Positions 37,848-48,625 are shown, numbered from the stretch's first letter. The stretch is DNA of 64,000 nucleotides from an uncultured Verrucomicrobiae bacterium (GCA_963772365.1 CAVYXA010000001.1:512001-576000), one strand, 5' to 3'. The notes: a model not told the origin generated them from the letters alone. Program-made: numbers and translations.

Positions 37848-40670
37848 CTACGGCAGATTCTGTTTGATTATCGTGATGTCGGCTGAGTTGATGCCGCCGC
37901 TGGCGTTTACATCCGAACGAAAATTAGATGCAGTGATTGGCTGGCCAATCCGCCCTTTGGTTTGAGCGACATCAGCCGAGCTCACGCTGCCGTTGCCATT
38001 GGTATCGCCGATGAGAATGCTTATCGGGGTCGTGAAATCCGTCGCTGGTGTGTCAGCTGCACTGTTCACGCCATTTATCCGGACATTGATCGTCTGCGCA
38101 TCCGCAATGTTCGTTAACGGAACAGTGACCGCGTTGCCGCTAACGGAAACGTTTCCATTACAAACACCGCTAATGCCAACGCATCCTGTACCCAATGTCA
38201 CCTCTGCCTGCGGGTTACTGTTGACGGTGACATTGCCGGAAAATGTCACCACCATCGTGTAGTCATTCGTTCCGCCTGTGGTTCGGCATTCAATTCCGGG
38301 CATGCCAGTGAGCGGAAGATCGACATCGAATGCGCCGGCACCGCCATGGGTCTTTCGAGAAACGGCGCTGGCGATCGTTGCCGTGCACGGCGCAACAGCA
38401 TAAGTGTGGCAACTGTTCGGCGGAGGATCGCCACAGAAGTCCTGCGTATAGAGCCCGTTGGGCCCCTGCGCGCCGCCGACAGACGGATTAAGACTACCGT
38501 TGAGCGGGCCGTAGATGACATCGAAGCGGGACTGCCCTTCATACAGGCGGACTTCGAATTGCTGCGTGGCGCTGCTGTCGCCAAACAGCACGGTGTGCCA
38601 CTCCATGTTGAAAATGCGGTTAGGCGGACTGCCGCTCACGGAAGTGAACACACCACAGCCATTCGAAAAATTGGAACAGCCCGAGCCAGCGTCGGTGCGG
38701 AGATCATTCCACAGCGGGAAGATCGTGTAGTCGTATGGGCAGATATTCGGCGGTGCTGGCAGACAGGAACTGGGAACGCCATCGGGTTCGTTGATGCAGG
38801 CGAAGTCGAGCCGCCCGTTAGAACTGACTCTCACCTGATTGAAGATTTGATCATACAACCCAACGCTAAATGGAACCGTGACAACCGTATCGCAATCGTC
38901 GCAGTGATTGCCCGTATCCACAACGCCGGGCACGATGGAGCAGTTCGATTGCGTAATCACATATTGGTTGGGCACGCACACGCTCGGTTCGCGATCAAAA
39001 TAGGCATCCGGCTGGGAGGCGCCGTTGATCGGGTTGCGTCCATCCACCCACGCGTGCATGTGCACGTTGAGCACATTGTTGCTGTAGTCGTAATCACTGA
39101 CGTAGTTCGGGATAATGTTCGGGTCGGGAAGTGGCAGCGGACTCACAACATCCGAGAATGGCATATCGGGCTGCCAGGTCACACCGCCGTCCGTCGATTT
39201 ACGCGCCCACATTCGATAGCATGGAGTGCTCGGACTCGACGGCTGACAACCGAGCGACGAGCGCTCGCGCTCGTCGTACCACACGGCGAGGAGACTATCA
39301 TCCGAACCGACGGAGAGATTCGGTTCCCACTGAGCTTTGTCGGGAGCGCCATCGGTGTTCAACATGAAAGGTGCACTGAAAGTCGCGCCGCCGTCTGTGG
39401 AACGGATGTAAAATATATTGCCCGGATCGCCGTTGCTGGTAGGACACCCGCCCGCACCGCACGCCGCATAGACGTAGTGAACGATGTTGTTGCGAGCAGC
39501 CGGTTGACCCCAACCCATGTACCGCCAGAAAGCGGGATTATCGAACATGTCAGCGAAATATCCCACGGCGGTACGGCACGGACCGACGAAAGCAGGTCCG
39601 GTGTAGGAATTGCTCCAAGTCACGCCACCGTCGGTGGACTTGTAGAGAACGTTCTGGCGCGTGCCGCCGCAGCCACCACCGCCCTCATTCATTGTCATCA
39701 GGTAAACGTTGCCGTTGGTCGGATCACCGGTGAGCTGAACATTGCGGATGAAGGTTGCGTTGATCTGCACCGGATTCCAAGTCGCGCCAGCATCACTGGA
39801 CCAGCGCACATATAATGCGCCGCCGCCAATGTTAAAGTCGTTGTACGAAACATACATCCGGCCATAGAAAGGCGAGCTCGGGTTGTTATCCAACCACCCC
39901 GACGCGCGATCGATTGAATTGGAGCCGGTGGCAACGCAAAAATGTGTCCAGCTTGTGACGTCGCCCGGAGTAGTCGTTTTGTATCCGCCAAGGCCACCGC
40001 AGAAGGTGTAGTCAGCCCAAATCGTAAACCACGTCTGGCTTGGACGATGGTAGAGAGCGATAGGATTGCCACCGGTCCCGGCGAACGGGCTCTGGCCGTC
40101 GCTGCCTGTCAGGCGTACAAAAGTGTTGCCGCCATCAGTTGACCACGATGCGCCGGAACCGTTGGTCGGGTTTTGGTTGGCGCCGCGCAAATCGTCATAC
40201 GCTACCAGCATCTCGAGCGGGTTATCCGGATTGCCCACCGCGAAAGTCGTCGACTGGGTAACGTGCGGAGAGGTCTCCGCGCCAGTGATCAGGTTCACAT
40301 CAGTGGCGCCATAGACCAAAGGATAGACCAGTTTTTTATAGGAATCGCTTAGCGAGCCAAGCAGGGATTTCCAAACCGAAGCGCGCGAATCTCCCTCAGC
40401 TTCGCCACAGGCGACCATGATTGCCCCAGCCCGCATATTCAGTTGCTTGTCGATGCCGAACTTCTCGATGTTCGCACAGTCGAACGGAACTGGAACGAGC
40501 GGATTATCGGAGTGCGTGATGACAACGGTTTTGTGTTGTCCCTTGGCAAAGCCTTGCGCAAGCAGACCGGAACCGGCGAGCGCCAGAAAGACCGCGGCCA
40601 GTACGAAACCAAGCCCAGTGAGAACACGCAGGTTAAAGAAAGCAGATCGCGAGGCGGATTTCTTTTTCAT
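37848..40670 (-). CDS. Secreted BNR/Asp-box (sialidase-like propeller) protein with C-terminal dockerin-like module
   Basis: Five SxDGGxT(W/F)-type Asp-boxes; SAVSRKTHG...GIECR...GDTNGNGSVSSAD...RSDVNASG. Confidence 0.85.
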   Translation of the reverse strand: MKKKSASRSAFFNLRVLTGLGFVLAAVFLALAGSGLLAQGFAKGQHKTVVITHSDNPLVPVPFDCANIEKFGIDKQLNMRAGAIMVACGEAEGDSRASVWKSLLGSLSDSYKKLVYPLVYGATDVNLITGAETSPHVTQSTTFAVGNPDNPLEMLVAYDDLRGANQNPTNGSGASWSTDGGNTFVRLTGSDGQSPFAGTGGNPIALYHRPSQTWFTIWADYTFCGGLGGYKTTTPGDVTSWTHFCVATGSNSIDRASGWLDNNPSSPFYGRMYVSYNDFNIGGGALYVRWSSDAGATWNPVQINATFIRNVQLTGDPTNGNVYLMTMNEGGGGCGGTRQNVLYKSTDGGVTWSNSYTGPAFVGPCRTAVGYFADMFDNPAFWRYMGWGQPAARNNIVHYVYAACGAGGCPTSNGDPGNIFYIRSTDGGATFSAPFMLNTDGAPDKAQWEPNLSVGSDDSLLAVWYDERERSSLGCQPSSPSTPCYRMWARKSTDGGVTWQPDMPFSDVVSPLPLPDPNIIPNYVSDYDYSNNVLNVHMHAWVDGRNPINGASQPDAYFDREPSVCVPNQYVITQSNCSIVPGVVDTGNHCDDCDTVVTVPFSVGLYDQIFNQVRVSSNGRLDFACINEPDGVPSSCLPAPPNICPYDYTIFPLWNDLRTDAGSGCSNFSNGCGVFTSVSGSPPNRIFNMEWHTVLFGDSSATQQFEVRLYEGQSRFDVIYGPLNGSLNPSVGGAQGPNGLYTQDFCGDPPPNSCHTYAVAPCTATIASAVSRKTHGGAGAFDVDLPLTGMPGIECRTTGGTNDYTMVVTFSGNVTVNSNPQAEVTLGTGCVGISGVCNGNVSVSGNAVTVPLTNIADAQTINVRINGVNSAADTPATDFTTPISILIGDTNGNGSVSSADVAQTKGRIGQPITASNFRSDVNASGGINSADITIIKQNLP

Positions 40671-40794
40671 GGAATTTCGGTTTAGCTGGAAGTGAAGCTC
40701 CGCTTATACCGGAAAAATCAGCATCGCGTCAATGCTGTGTTTCCTAATCGCAAGATGCGACTTCAAAGAATTCGTGAGAAGTTGCTCGTCTCGC

Positions 40795-41244
40795 ATGAAC
40801 AACTTTTGGCTGGTGAAACAGGAACCGAGCGCTTACTCGTGGTCGGATTTTGTTTCCGAAGGAAAAACCGCCTGGACCGGTGTCCGCAATTACACGGCGC
40901 GAAATAATCTGCGAAAAATGCGCAAGGGAGATGAGGTTCTCTTTTATCACAGTGGTCCGCCTTCGCGCGAGGCTACGGCGCGACAAGTGACGAAAGCCGT
41001 CGTCGGAATTGCAAAAGTCGTGCGCACCGGGTACCGCGATAAGACCGCGAAGGAAGGCGACTGGAGCGCTGTCGATCTTGTGCCGGTCAAAGCGTTGCGC
41101 AGGCCAGTCACGTTGCATGAGATCAAAAAGACGTCGGGACTTAAGAACATGCCGCTCATTCGCCAGTCGCGATTGTCGGTTATGCCAGTGAGCGCAGAGG
41201 AATTTCAAACCATTCTGAAAATGGGCGCTGCTCCATCATCCTGA
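40795..41244 (+). CDS. EVE domain protein
   Basis: WLVKQEP, WTGVRNYTARNNLR, VLFYHS, RQSRLSVMPV. Confidence 0.9.
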   Translation: MNNFWLVKQEPSAYSWSDFVSEGKTAWTGVRNYTARNNLRKMRKGDEVLFYHSGPPSREATARQVTKAVVGIAKVVRTGYRDKTAKEGDWSAVDLVPVKALRRPVTLHEIKKTSGLKNMPLIRQSRLSVMPVSAEEFQTILKMGAAPSS

Positions 41245-41331
41245 GCGGAGGGAAGGATCTCGCGGAATTAGCTTTAAGCTCGCGATTCGGGATCCCTCGA
41301 CTTTGCTCGGGATGACAGGGAGAGCAGGCTT

Positions 41332-41356
41332 GCGACGGTCATAGACCGCCGCTACA
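41332..41356. repeat. Dispersed copy of the REP that flanks the RAYT at 2947
   Basis: GCGACGGTCATAGACCGCCGCTACA, identical to 3424-3448. Confidence 0.92.
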
Positions 41357-41367
41357 AAGGAGAGAGA

Positions 41368-42177
41368 ATGGAATCGGCAGCAGCCATGGAATTCCTGCCG
41401 GTCGCGGCCGCACCCAGTGTGTCCCGCAATTTTTTCGTTGTCTCTCTTCATGATGTCGCGCCGTCAACTCGAGAGATTACCGAAAAAATTCTCGGCGAAT
41501 TGAAACAGATCGGCGTCCGCTCCTGTTCGCTGCTTGTTGTTCCGGATTATCATCACCAGGGAGTTGCTACCGAGGATCGAGAATTTGTTTCGTGGCTACG
41601 CAATCTCGAGGCCGCCGGTCACGAAATTGTGCTTCATGGGTATTTTCACGAGCGAACACGACGACGAAACGAGAGCATGCGCGATAAATTGCTGACTCGT
41701 GTTTACACGCAGGATGAAGGCGAATTTTACGACATCGATTATGCTGAGGCGCTTCGGCGAATTAACGCGGGCCGTGATCAATTGCGCATGAGTGGCCTAA
41801 ATCCAGTCGGCTTTGTCGCACCGGCCTGGCTGCTGAGCAAAGAAGCCGAGCGGGCTGCTCGCGACGCCGAGATGGAATACACCACCGGGCTGCGAACGGT
41901 GCGCGATCTGCGCTCCGGCGAGAACTTCGCGACCCGATCAATCGTTTACAGCGTTCGAAATCACTGGCGTCGCGTGGTCAGTTGTCGATGGAATGCCACG
42001 CTGTTCCGGCTTTTGCGCGGCAATCCGCTTTTGCGGATCAGTATTCATCCGCCCGATTATTCGCATCCGAGGATTTGGCAGCAGATTGTCGATCTTGTGC
42101 AGAAAGCGGCCGAATCAAGAACAGTCACGACCTATCAAGGCTGGATCAGCGAACAACGATTGAGACGCGGAATCTAA
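41368..42177 (+). CDS. Polysaccharide deacetylase family (DUF2334-like) protein
   Basis: VSLHDVAP, EIVLHGYFH, EGEF, GFVAPAWL, RISIHPPD. Confidence 0.8.
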   Translation: MESAAAMEFLPVAAAPSVSRNFFVVSLHDVAPSTREITEKILGELKQIGVRSCSLLVVPDYHHQGVATEDREFVSWLRNLEAAGHEIVLHGYFHERTRRRNESMRDKLLTRVYTQDEGEFYDIDYAEALRRINAGRDQLRMSGLNPVGFVAPAWLLSKEAERAARDAEMEYTTGLRTVRDLRSGENFATRSIVYSVRNHWRRVVSCRWNATLFRLLRGNPLLRISIHPPDYSHPRIWQQIVDLVQKAAESRTVTTYQGWISEQRLRRGI

Positions 42178-42259
42178 CCACATAAATATATGTTGAATTT
42201 ATCCAACACGTTTGGAGTGATTTGCGGCGCGAGGGTAACAGCATTGCATGGAAATCTGG

Positions 42260-42386
42260 CCCTCACTGCCGCGCTGCGCGCGTGCGTCTCTCCCACCGGG
42301 AGAGAGCAACTCCGGCAACTTTGCTACGCACAAAGCGATCCTCTCTCCCGCTGGGAGAGACGGACGCGAAGCGCCAGTGAGGGGGG
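42260..42386. repeat. CCCTCAC...TCTCTCCC-family palindrome pair
   Basis: CCCTCACTG...TCTCTCCCACCGGGAGAGAG ... CTCTCTCCCGCTGGGAGAGA...CAGTGAGGG. Confidence 0.7.
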
Positions 42387-42516
42387 AAACCGACTAGGAA
42401 GATGCAAACATCCTCATTGGCAGCAAACCGAAACATCTCCGACTATTTCCGTGGAGCAAAAGATCAGAGATTCTGCTCCGGCGGCCCCCGGATCAGAATG
42501 ACAGGAATAGGCTTGC

Positions 42517-44919
42517 ATGAGTAAGTGCGATCTTCACATCCATTCGCGGTGCAGTTCCCGCTCGGAAGAATGGCTCTTCCGCCGGCTTAGCTTCCCGGAT
42601 TCCTACTCCGATCCGAGGGAACTGCATCGACAATTGCTCGGGGCCGGAATGGATTTCGTGACGATTACCGATCACGACACGATCGACGGTTGTCTCCAAA
42701 TTATCGATCTGCCCAATACATTCATAAGTGAACAGGTTACAACCTATTTCCCGCAGGATCCGTGCAAGATTCATATCCTGGTCTGGGGGATTACCGAAGC
42801 GCAGCATGCCGACATTCTGATCGTGCGCGACAATATCTTTGGCCTTCAGAGATACCTGCAAATCGGTCGTATTGCCCATGCCGTGGCGCACCCGCTTTAC
42901 AGCATCAACGGGAAACTTGATGCGCCGCATCTGGAGCGGTTGATCCTTCTGTTTAAGCATTTCGAAGGGATCAATGGCTTGCGCGATGCCATTCTGAGCG
43001 AGCTTGCCCAGGATCTCTTTGGCTCGCTTACGCCGGAGAAGATCGACAAGTTTGCCAAGAAACATAGTCTGGCGCCGACTCATCCCGAGCCGTGGAAGAA
43101 AGTTTTCATCGGCGGTTCGGACGATCATGGCGGCCAATTCATTGCCTCAGCCTTCACCGAGACGCCTCCCGCTAGTTCCGCCGAGCAATTTCTCGAACAG
43201 GTCCGCAACGGCAACTGCCAGGCTCGCGGCAAAGGCGGAACTCCCCTCGCCCTTTCCCACGGTTTCTACAACACGGTTGGCTGTTTCATTCAAGATCGCT
43301 TCCACGAAAAACTTGGGCCGAGCGCGGCGTTGGTGGAGCAAATGTTCTCGCGGTTCATGGAGGGACGCGACCCGACCGAGTTCACTCTCACCGAAAAAGT
43401 GAACTTCATTGCTCAGGGCGTGCTTTCCGGAAAGCTGTTCGAGCTCGTTAAACCGGCGAATGTTTCGCTCTGGAAAGAACTCTCCGGCTATTTCCAGCGG
43501 CCGGACATAAAAGCGAAACTAGCCGAGGAACTCGATGGAGTTTCCGAACCCGAACGCCGCACGTTTCTCATGGCGAACCTAGTGGCGGAGCAACTGGCGT
43601 TTCGGTTTTTCAAAAAATTTGTTCAACAAATCAGCAGCGGAAATCTCGTGGAAAGTATGCAAGCGATCAGCGCGATCGCGCCGCTGCTGGTGATCCTCAC
43701 GCCATACATCTATGGATTTCACAGCCAGGCACCGTCGCGGAAATGGCTGCGCGGAATTGTTAAAGATTTGACGGGCGAAATTCCCGTTGCCCTGCAAAAT
43801 CGGAAACGGGCCTGGTTCACCGACACCCTCGACGACGTCAATGGTGTGGCGACAACGATCCGAAAGATGACCGCCGCCGGCGCCGCTGCGGGCAAGGAAT
43901 TAACCGTAGTCGTTTCGCGTAACGAATTACAGACCGACAATATCCCCATCAAAAACTTCAAACCGATTGGCGAATTTGAGCTGCCCGAATACGAGCTGCA
44001 AAAGCTCAGTTTCCCGCCGATCCTGCAAATGCTCGATTACATTCAACGGGAGAGATTCAGCGAAATCATCATCAGCACGCCCGGCCCAGTCGGTCTGACC
44101 GGTTTGCTCGCCGCCAAGATGCTGAACCTGCAAACGAGCGGGATTTATCACACCGATTTCCCCCAATACATTCGCATCCTGACCGAAGACGCGTTTCTCG
44201 AAAGTGTCACCTGGCGTTACATGCATTGGTTTTACGGCCAGCTCGACACCGTTTTCGTTAACTCGGAGGAATATCGCCAAAGCTGGATCAAACGCGGTTT
44301 TGATCCCGAGAAACTGAAGATCCTCCCGCGCGGACTCGAGACCGAGCTCTTTCATCCGACCCGCCGCGATCCCGCGTTCTTCGAAAAATTCGGCGGCGGA
44401 CGAAATGGCGAGGTGCGTCTGTTGTATGTCGGCCGGGTTTCCCGCGAAAAAGATCTCGATCTGCTCGCCGCGGCTTATCGGCGGTTGCGTGAGGAAGGAT
44501 TGTCGATCCAACTTTTCATCGTCGGGCACGGTCCATATTCCGAAGAGCTTTCCAAGTCTTTGCCCGACGCCGTATTCACTGGATATCTCACCGGCAAGGA
44601 ATTGGCTGCGGCTTACGCGTCCGCCGATGTTTTCGTTTTCCCCAGCACCACCGATACTTTCGGCAATGTGATCATCGAAGCCCAGGCTTCCGGTTTGCCG
44701 GTTGTGGTGTCCGACGCTGGCGGCCCGAAAGAACTGGTCCAGGAAAACGAAACCGGTCTGATCACCAAATCACACGATGTCGATGATCTGGTGCGCGCGA
44801 TTCGCGCTTTGGTTGTCGATCCTGCTTTGCGCCAGCGAATGGGCAATCAAGCACGTGAGAGCGTGATGAACCGAACGTGGCCCGCCGCCTTCCGCAAATT
44901 CTGGTCGATCACCGATTGA
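42517..44919 (+). CDS. PHP-like domain / family 4 glycosyltransferase fusion
   Basis: DLHIHS, TITDHDT, AHP, GGSDDH; C-terminal YVGRVSREK, FPSTTDTFGNVIIEAQASG. Confidence 0.87.
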   Translation: MSKCDLHIHSRCSSRSEEWLFRRLSFPDSYSDPRELHRQLLGAGMDFVTITDHDTIDGCLQIIDLPNTFISEQVTTYFPQDPCKIHILVWGITEAQHADILIVRDNIFGLQRYLQIGRIAHAVAHPLYSINGKLDAPHLERLILLFKHFEGINGLRDAILSELAQDLFGSLTPEKIDKFAKKHSLAPTHPEPWKKVFIGGSDDHGGQFIASAFTETPPASSAEQFLEQVRNGNCQARGKGGTPLALSHGFYNTVGCFIQDRFHEKLGPSAALVEQMFSRFMEGRDPTEFTLTEKVNFIAQGVLSGKLFELVKPANVSLWKELSGYFQRPDIKAKLAEELDGVSEPERRTFLMANLVAEQLAFRFFKKFVQQISSGNLVESMQAISAIAPLLVILTPYIYGFHSQAPSRKWLRGIVKDLTGEIPVALQNRKRAWFTDTLDDVNGVATTIRKMTAAGAAAGKELTVVVSRNELQTDNIPIKNFKPIGEFELPEYELQKLSFPPILQMLDYIQRERFSEIIISTPGPVGLTGLLAAKMLNLQTSGIYHTDFPQYIRILTEDAFLESVTWRYMHWFYGQLDTVFVNSEEYRQSWIKRGFDPEKLKILPRGLETELFHPTRRDPAFFEKFGGGRNGEVRLLYVGRVSREKDLDLLAAAYRRLREEGLSIQLFIVGHGPYSEELSKSLPDAVFTGYLTGKELAAAYASADVFVFPSTTDTFGNVIIEAQASGLPVVVSDAGGPKELVQENETGLITKSHDVDDLVRAIRALVVDPALRQRMGNQARESVMNRTWPAAFRKFWSITD

Positions 44920-45147
44920 CTGAAATCACTCTCCGCCGATCACCGCACCGTGCGTTTCAGTTTTTCAGAAGAGACCCAAAGAAACACTCACCTAATTAGG
45001 AAAGCAGGAATGCAGGAGATTTCATTCATACGGTCGGATGCATGCATCCCTTCCTGTTTTCCGCCCTTCCTGATTCATTTCTAGCTGCTTTCGAATTCAT
45101 TCCTTAACGCTCGCGAAACATTTCGGAGTAGCCTCGGCGAAGGCTGG

Positions 45148-45468
45148 TCACTTCTTGGCCAGGCCGTCGCGCCAGGCCATCACTTCCAGTTCGCCGCGGA
45201 CCGCGTCCTCTATCGGAATTACTGGTCGCGCTTCGAATTTGAACGCCGGCAACATCGTGGAGAATTTGTGAATCTCCAATGGATCGTCGCAATCCAACAA
45301 CATATAGCCGCCCCAATCGCCCACGCGGATCACGAACATCTCGATCTTAAAATTGGCCGGCGCTTTCCATTGCCGAAACACCTCCAGTATGCGTTTCTGC
45401 GCATTCTCATACTCTATCGGCGAACCTTGCGAGCGCTCCCACCAGCTGATCATGTACTTCATCGACAT
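45148..45468 (-). CDS. DUF3303-like protein
   Basis: MKYMISW...WKAP...GGYMLLDCDD...FEARPVIPIE pattern. Confidence 0.7.
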   Translation of the reverse strand: MSMKYMISWWERSQGSPIEYENAQKRILEVFRQWKAPANFKIEMFVIRVGDWGGYMLLDCDDPLEIHKFSTMLPAFKFEARPVIPIEDAVRGELEVMAWRDGLAKK

Positions 45469-45856
45469 CCTTTTCTGTTGAATTTAGATCCGTCGACGTG
45501 ACGCTGGCGATCCGGTCGCCGAAGCGCAAGCGGAAACGTCAGCGGCATAGCAACGCCCGTTTCTCTCTTAATCAAAATCAACACTGACTCCCGACCTGTG
45601 CCCTCTGAGATTCTCTTAACTCCGTAAAGGAGCGTGGCTGCCGAGAAGCTTTACGCCTCAACGTGCCGGCTTCTCCGGGCGAAATCGATTGACTTGCCGG
45701 TAGCATGGACTATCGGGCTCTAACGCCCAGCAAGCGAGCATCCGGTTTCTCAACCGGTTCGGCGGCAATAGCTAACATGACCGTTGCCCGTCGCGGTCTA
45801 AACATTGAGTCCGGTCCGCTCAAGCACACGGGGGTTTTTCCCCTTAGAAAATAGAA

Positions 45857-46345
45857 ATGAAAAAATTAATGTTCGTATTAATCGCATCGGCCTGTTGCTC
45901 GGCTTTCGTGATACAGGCGTCGGCTCAGCAAGCTGACCAGGCAACAGCTGATGCCGTCATTGCCATGACAAGGGCGCAATGGGCAGCCGGGATGAAAGAT
46001 CCAACGAATGTCGCCGCGCAGTCGAAAGACATGGCAGACGACTACACGGAGTTCAACGCCGATTTCGCCACGCGCATCGACGGAAAGGCAATGAATTCGC
46101 GACTGGCAGAAGGGGTCGCAAAAGACTCGAGTAAGGGCACCGCGGCGGAAATGCTCAACGAGAAGGTCCAGGTTTACAACGGCGATGTCGCCATCCTGAC
46201 CTATAACTACGCCGGAACGACCATGGACAAAGACGGCAAGACGACGCCGAGCCGGGCGAAATCGACGCGCGTTTTTGTGAAGAAGGGCGACAAATGGGTT
46301 ATGGTCCACGCCAACTTCGGGGCGGATCCAGTGCCAAAACAATAA
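45857..46345 (+). CDS. Exported NTF2-like (SnoaL/DUF4440) protein
   Basis: Signal peptide; VQVYNGDVAILTY...STRVFVKKGDKWVMVH. Confidence 0.8.
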   Translation: MKKLMFVLIASACCSAFVIQASAQQADQATADAVIAMTRAQWAAGMKDPTNVAAQSKDMADDYTEFNADFATRIDGKAMNSRLAEGVAKDSSKGTAAEMLNEKVQVYNGDVAILTYNYAGTTMDKDGKTTPSRAKSTRVFVKKGDKWVMVHANFGADPVPKQ

Positions 46346-46364
46346 GACTTAGAACCTGAAGAAT

Positions 46365-46829
46365 ATGAAAACAAAAACAATTGGTTTAGCTCTGCTGCTT
46401 TCAGTGGCGGCAGCCGGAATCTGTTTCGCGAACAACCCGACGTTGGGCACGTGGAAACTGAACGAAAGCAAATCCACCTTTGGCGACGGCGCGGGCAAGA
46501 GCACTCTGGTGGTGTGGGAGAAAGTTGGCGACCAGCAAAAATGCACGGTCGACGGAACTGACGCTGAGGGTAACAAAACTCACAGCGTGTGGACCGGTAA
46601 ACTGGACGGCAAAGATTATCCGATTACCGGCGATCCGAAGTCCGATACTCGCTCGTTCAAGAAAAACGGCGCGAAGACCCTCGACATCGTGAGCAAGAAG
46701 GATGGCAAAGTCGTTGGTGACGGAACCATCGTCGTGGCGGCAGATGGAAAAACGCGCACTGTCACAAGCAACATGACGAACGCCAAGGGCGAGAAGGTCA
46801 CGAGCAAATTAGCTTACGATAAATCGTAA
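46365..46829 (+). CDS. Exported hypothetical beta-rich protein
   Basis: Signal peptide; GTWKLNESKS, DGKDYPITG, AADGKTRTVT. Confidence 0.75.
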   Translation: MKTKTIGLALLLSVAAAGICFANNPTLGTWKLNESKSTFGDGAGKSTLVVWEKVGDQQKCTVDGTDAEGNKTHSVWTGKLDGKDYPITGDPKSDTRSFKKNGAKTLDIVSKKDGKVVGDGTIVVAADGKTRTVTSNMTNAKGEKVTSKLAYDKS

Positions 46830-46857
46830 CCTAAGGACGCCATAGATTGAATTAACA

Positions 46858-46889
46858 GCGGCCGAACGTTAAGACGTTCGGCCGTTTTC
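46858..46889 (+). terminator. Terminator between convergent genes
   Basis: GCGGCCGAACGT-TAAG-ACGTTCGGCCGT then TTT. Confidence 0.8.
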
Positions 46890-46948
46890 GTTGGTGCCGA
46901 GCGAGGAGAACACGATGAGATTTTTTGCGCAGTTCCTACCGCTAATTA

Positions 46949-48310
46949 CTAGCGGTGCCGTCGATAAGATTTGCGCGGCGGACGGTTGTTCGAGGAAGCA
47001 TTCCGAAAACGCCACCCGACATTGCCACGTGGAGCATCGCCGCTTCCGCGCGGAGAATTTCCCGGCAATCGCGGCTCGATCTTTCGTTGCGGAGTTCGCC
47101 TTACCCTGCTCCGCTCCTCGCGCGGGGGCGCTGGCTGCTCGTAATCGAAACCTTCCGCTTTTTTCCGCACGATCCCGCGGCCGATAAAACGCTCGAGCGA
47201 ACGCAACGGTCCCTGATCTTCAGGCGTGATGAAACTGATCGCGTCGCCCACCGCCTGTGCACGACCCGTGCGGCCGATGCGATGCACATAATCCTCCGAA
47301 TGCATCGGGAAGTCGTAATTCACCACGTGCGAAATCCCATCCACATCGATCCCGCGTGCAGCGATGTCGGTCGCCACCAGCACTCGCACCGCGCCCGACT
47401 TGAAATCTTTCAACGCGCGCAGCCGCTGATTTTGCGAACGATTCGAATGGATCGTGCCCGTCTTAATGCCGCTGCTTTCAAGGCGCCGCGCGATCCTGTC
47501 CGCGCCACGTTTTGTCCGCGCAAAAACCAGCACGGTGTCGAACTGCGGATCGCCTAACAAATGCAGGAGCAGCGCCGCTTTCAAATGCGGCCGCACTTCG
47601 TAAACGAACTGCGTCACCGTCTCTGCCGGATTCGCCCGACGACCGATCTCGATAATTTTGGGCGAACGCTGGAACTCATGCGTCAGCGCTTCGATCTCGC
47701 GCGAGAGCGTCGCGGAAAACATCAGCGTCTGCCGTTTCTGCGGCAACGCTTTCACGATCCGCCGAATCGGCGGAAGAAAACCCATGTCCAGCATTCGATC
47801 CGCTTCGTCGAGCACGAGAAACTCGATGCTCGAAAGATTAGCCACTCGTTGATCCATCAAATCGATCAACCGTCCCGGTGTCGCCACCACAAGATCGACA
47901 CCGGATCGCAGCGCCTCAATCTGCGGACGTTCGCTCACGCCGCCGAAAACCGTGGCCATGCGCAACGGAACGTGTTTGGCGTAAGCGAGTGAATTCTCTT
48001 CGATTTGCACCACCAACTCTCGCGTCGGCGCGACGACCAGTGCGCGCGTCCTCCGGTCCGAGGTGAATGGGCGATTACGTGCTCCGTTATGGGCCTGCGT
48101 TACCGCCTGTTTCGATTCCATCAGCTTCATCAAAATTGGCCAAACGAAAGCTGCGGTTTTTCCCGTGCCAGTTTGTGCGATGCCGATTACATCCTGCCCC
48201 GCGAGAATGTGCGGAATCGCCGCGATCTGGATCGGAGTTGGCTCGGTGTAGCCGGCGTCCTGCACGGCCTGCAAGATTTTCGGCGAAAGATTAAGCGCAC
48301 GAAATGACAT
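46949..48310 (-). CDS. DEAD-box RNA helicase (RhlE-like)
   Basis: AQTGTGKT, PTREL, TPGRL, DEAD, FSAT, ARGID, HRIGRTGR. Confidence 0.95.
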   Translation of the reverse strand: MSFRALNLSPKILQAVQDAGYTEPTPIQIAAIPHILAGQDVIGIAQTGTGKTAAFVWPILMKLMESKQAVTQAHNGARNRPFTSDRRTRALVVAPTRELVVQIEENSLAYAKHVPLRMATVFGGVSERPQIEALRSGVDLVVATPGRLIDLMDQRVANLSSIEFLVLDEADRMLDMGFLPPIRRIVKALPQKRQTLMFSATLSREIEALTHEFQRSPKIIEIGRRANPAETVTQFVYEVRPHLKAALLLHLLGDPQFDTVLVFARTKRGADRIARRLESSGIKTGTIHSNRSQNQRLRALKDFKSGAVRVLVATDIAARGIDVDGISHVVNYDFPMHSEDYVHRIGRTGRAQAVGDAISFITPEDQGPLRSLERFIGRGIVRKKAEGFDYEQPAPPREERSRVRRTPQRKIEPRLPGNSPRGSGDAPRGNVGWRFRNASSNNRPPRKSYRRHR

Positions 48311-48625
48311 GATGCAGCTACTATCGCCCGCCAGGCGTCTAAAGCACCTATTATATAATATATAGGCGCATCCCCGCGTTGCGATTTCGCCGCCGCGATG
48401 TATGCGCCTCGTCCGCAGCACAGGAAAAGCTCGGCGACAATCCCGCCGGCCACCACGGATTCAATCCGTTGCCGAACCAGAACAGGATCGCTGAGATAGA
48501 ACGACAGCGAGCGAAAGCATCGATTACTCTTTATCGCAAGTACGGCAGACCGAGCAAGTCAGGGAAAACGAAGAAGGAAAAAGTAAGAAGCCCTGTCCCA
48601 AATTGACACCAGATCCTCGGGCGAT

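Noticed and set aside
38346..39815. 489-aa + strand ORF
   Set aside because: Antisense shadow of the BNR protein gene.
45500..45850. Possible riboswitch or ncRNA in a long intergenic region
   Set aside because: Only short hairpins are visible and no family consensus was recognised; an Rfam scan is needed.
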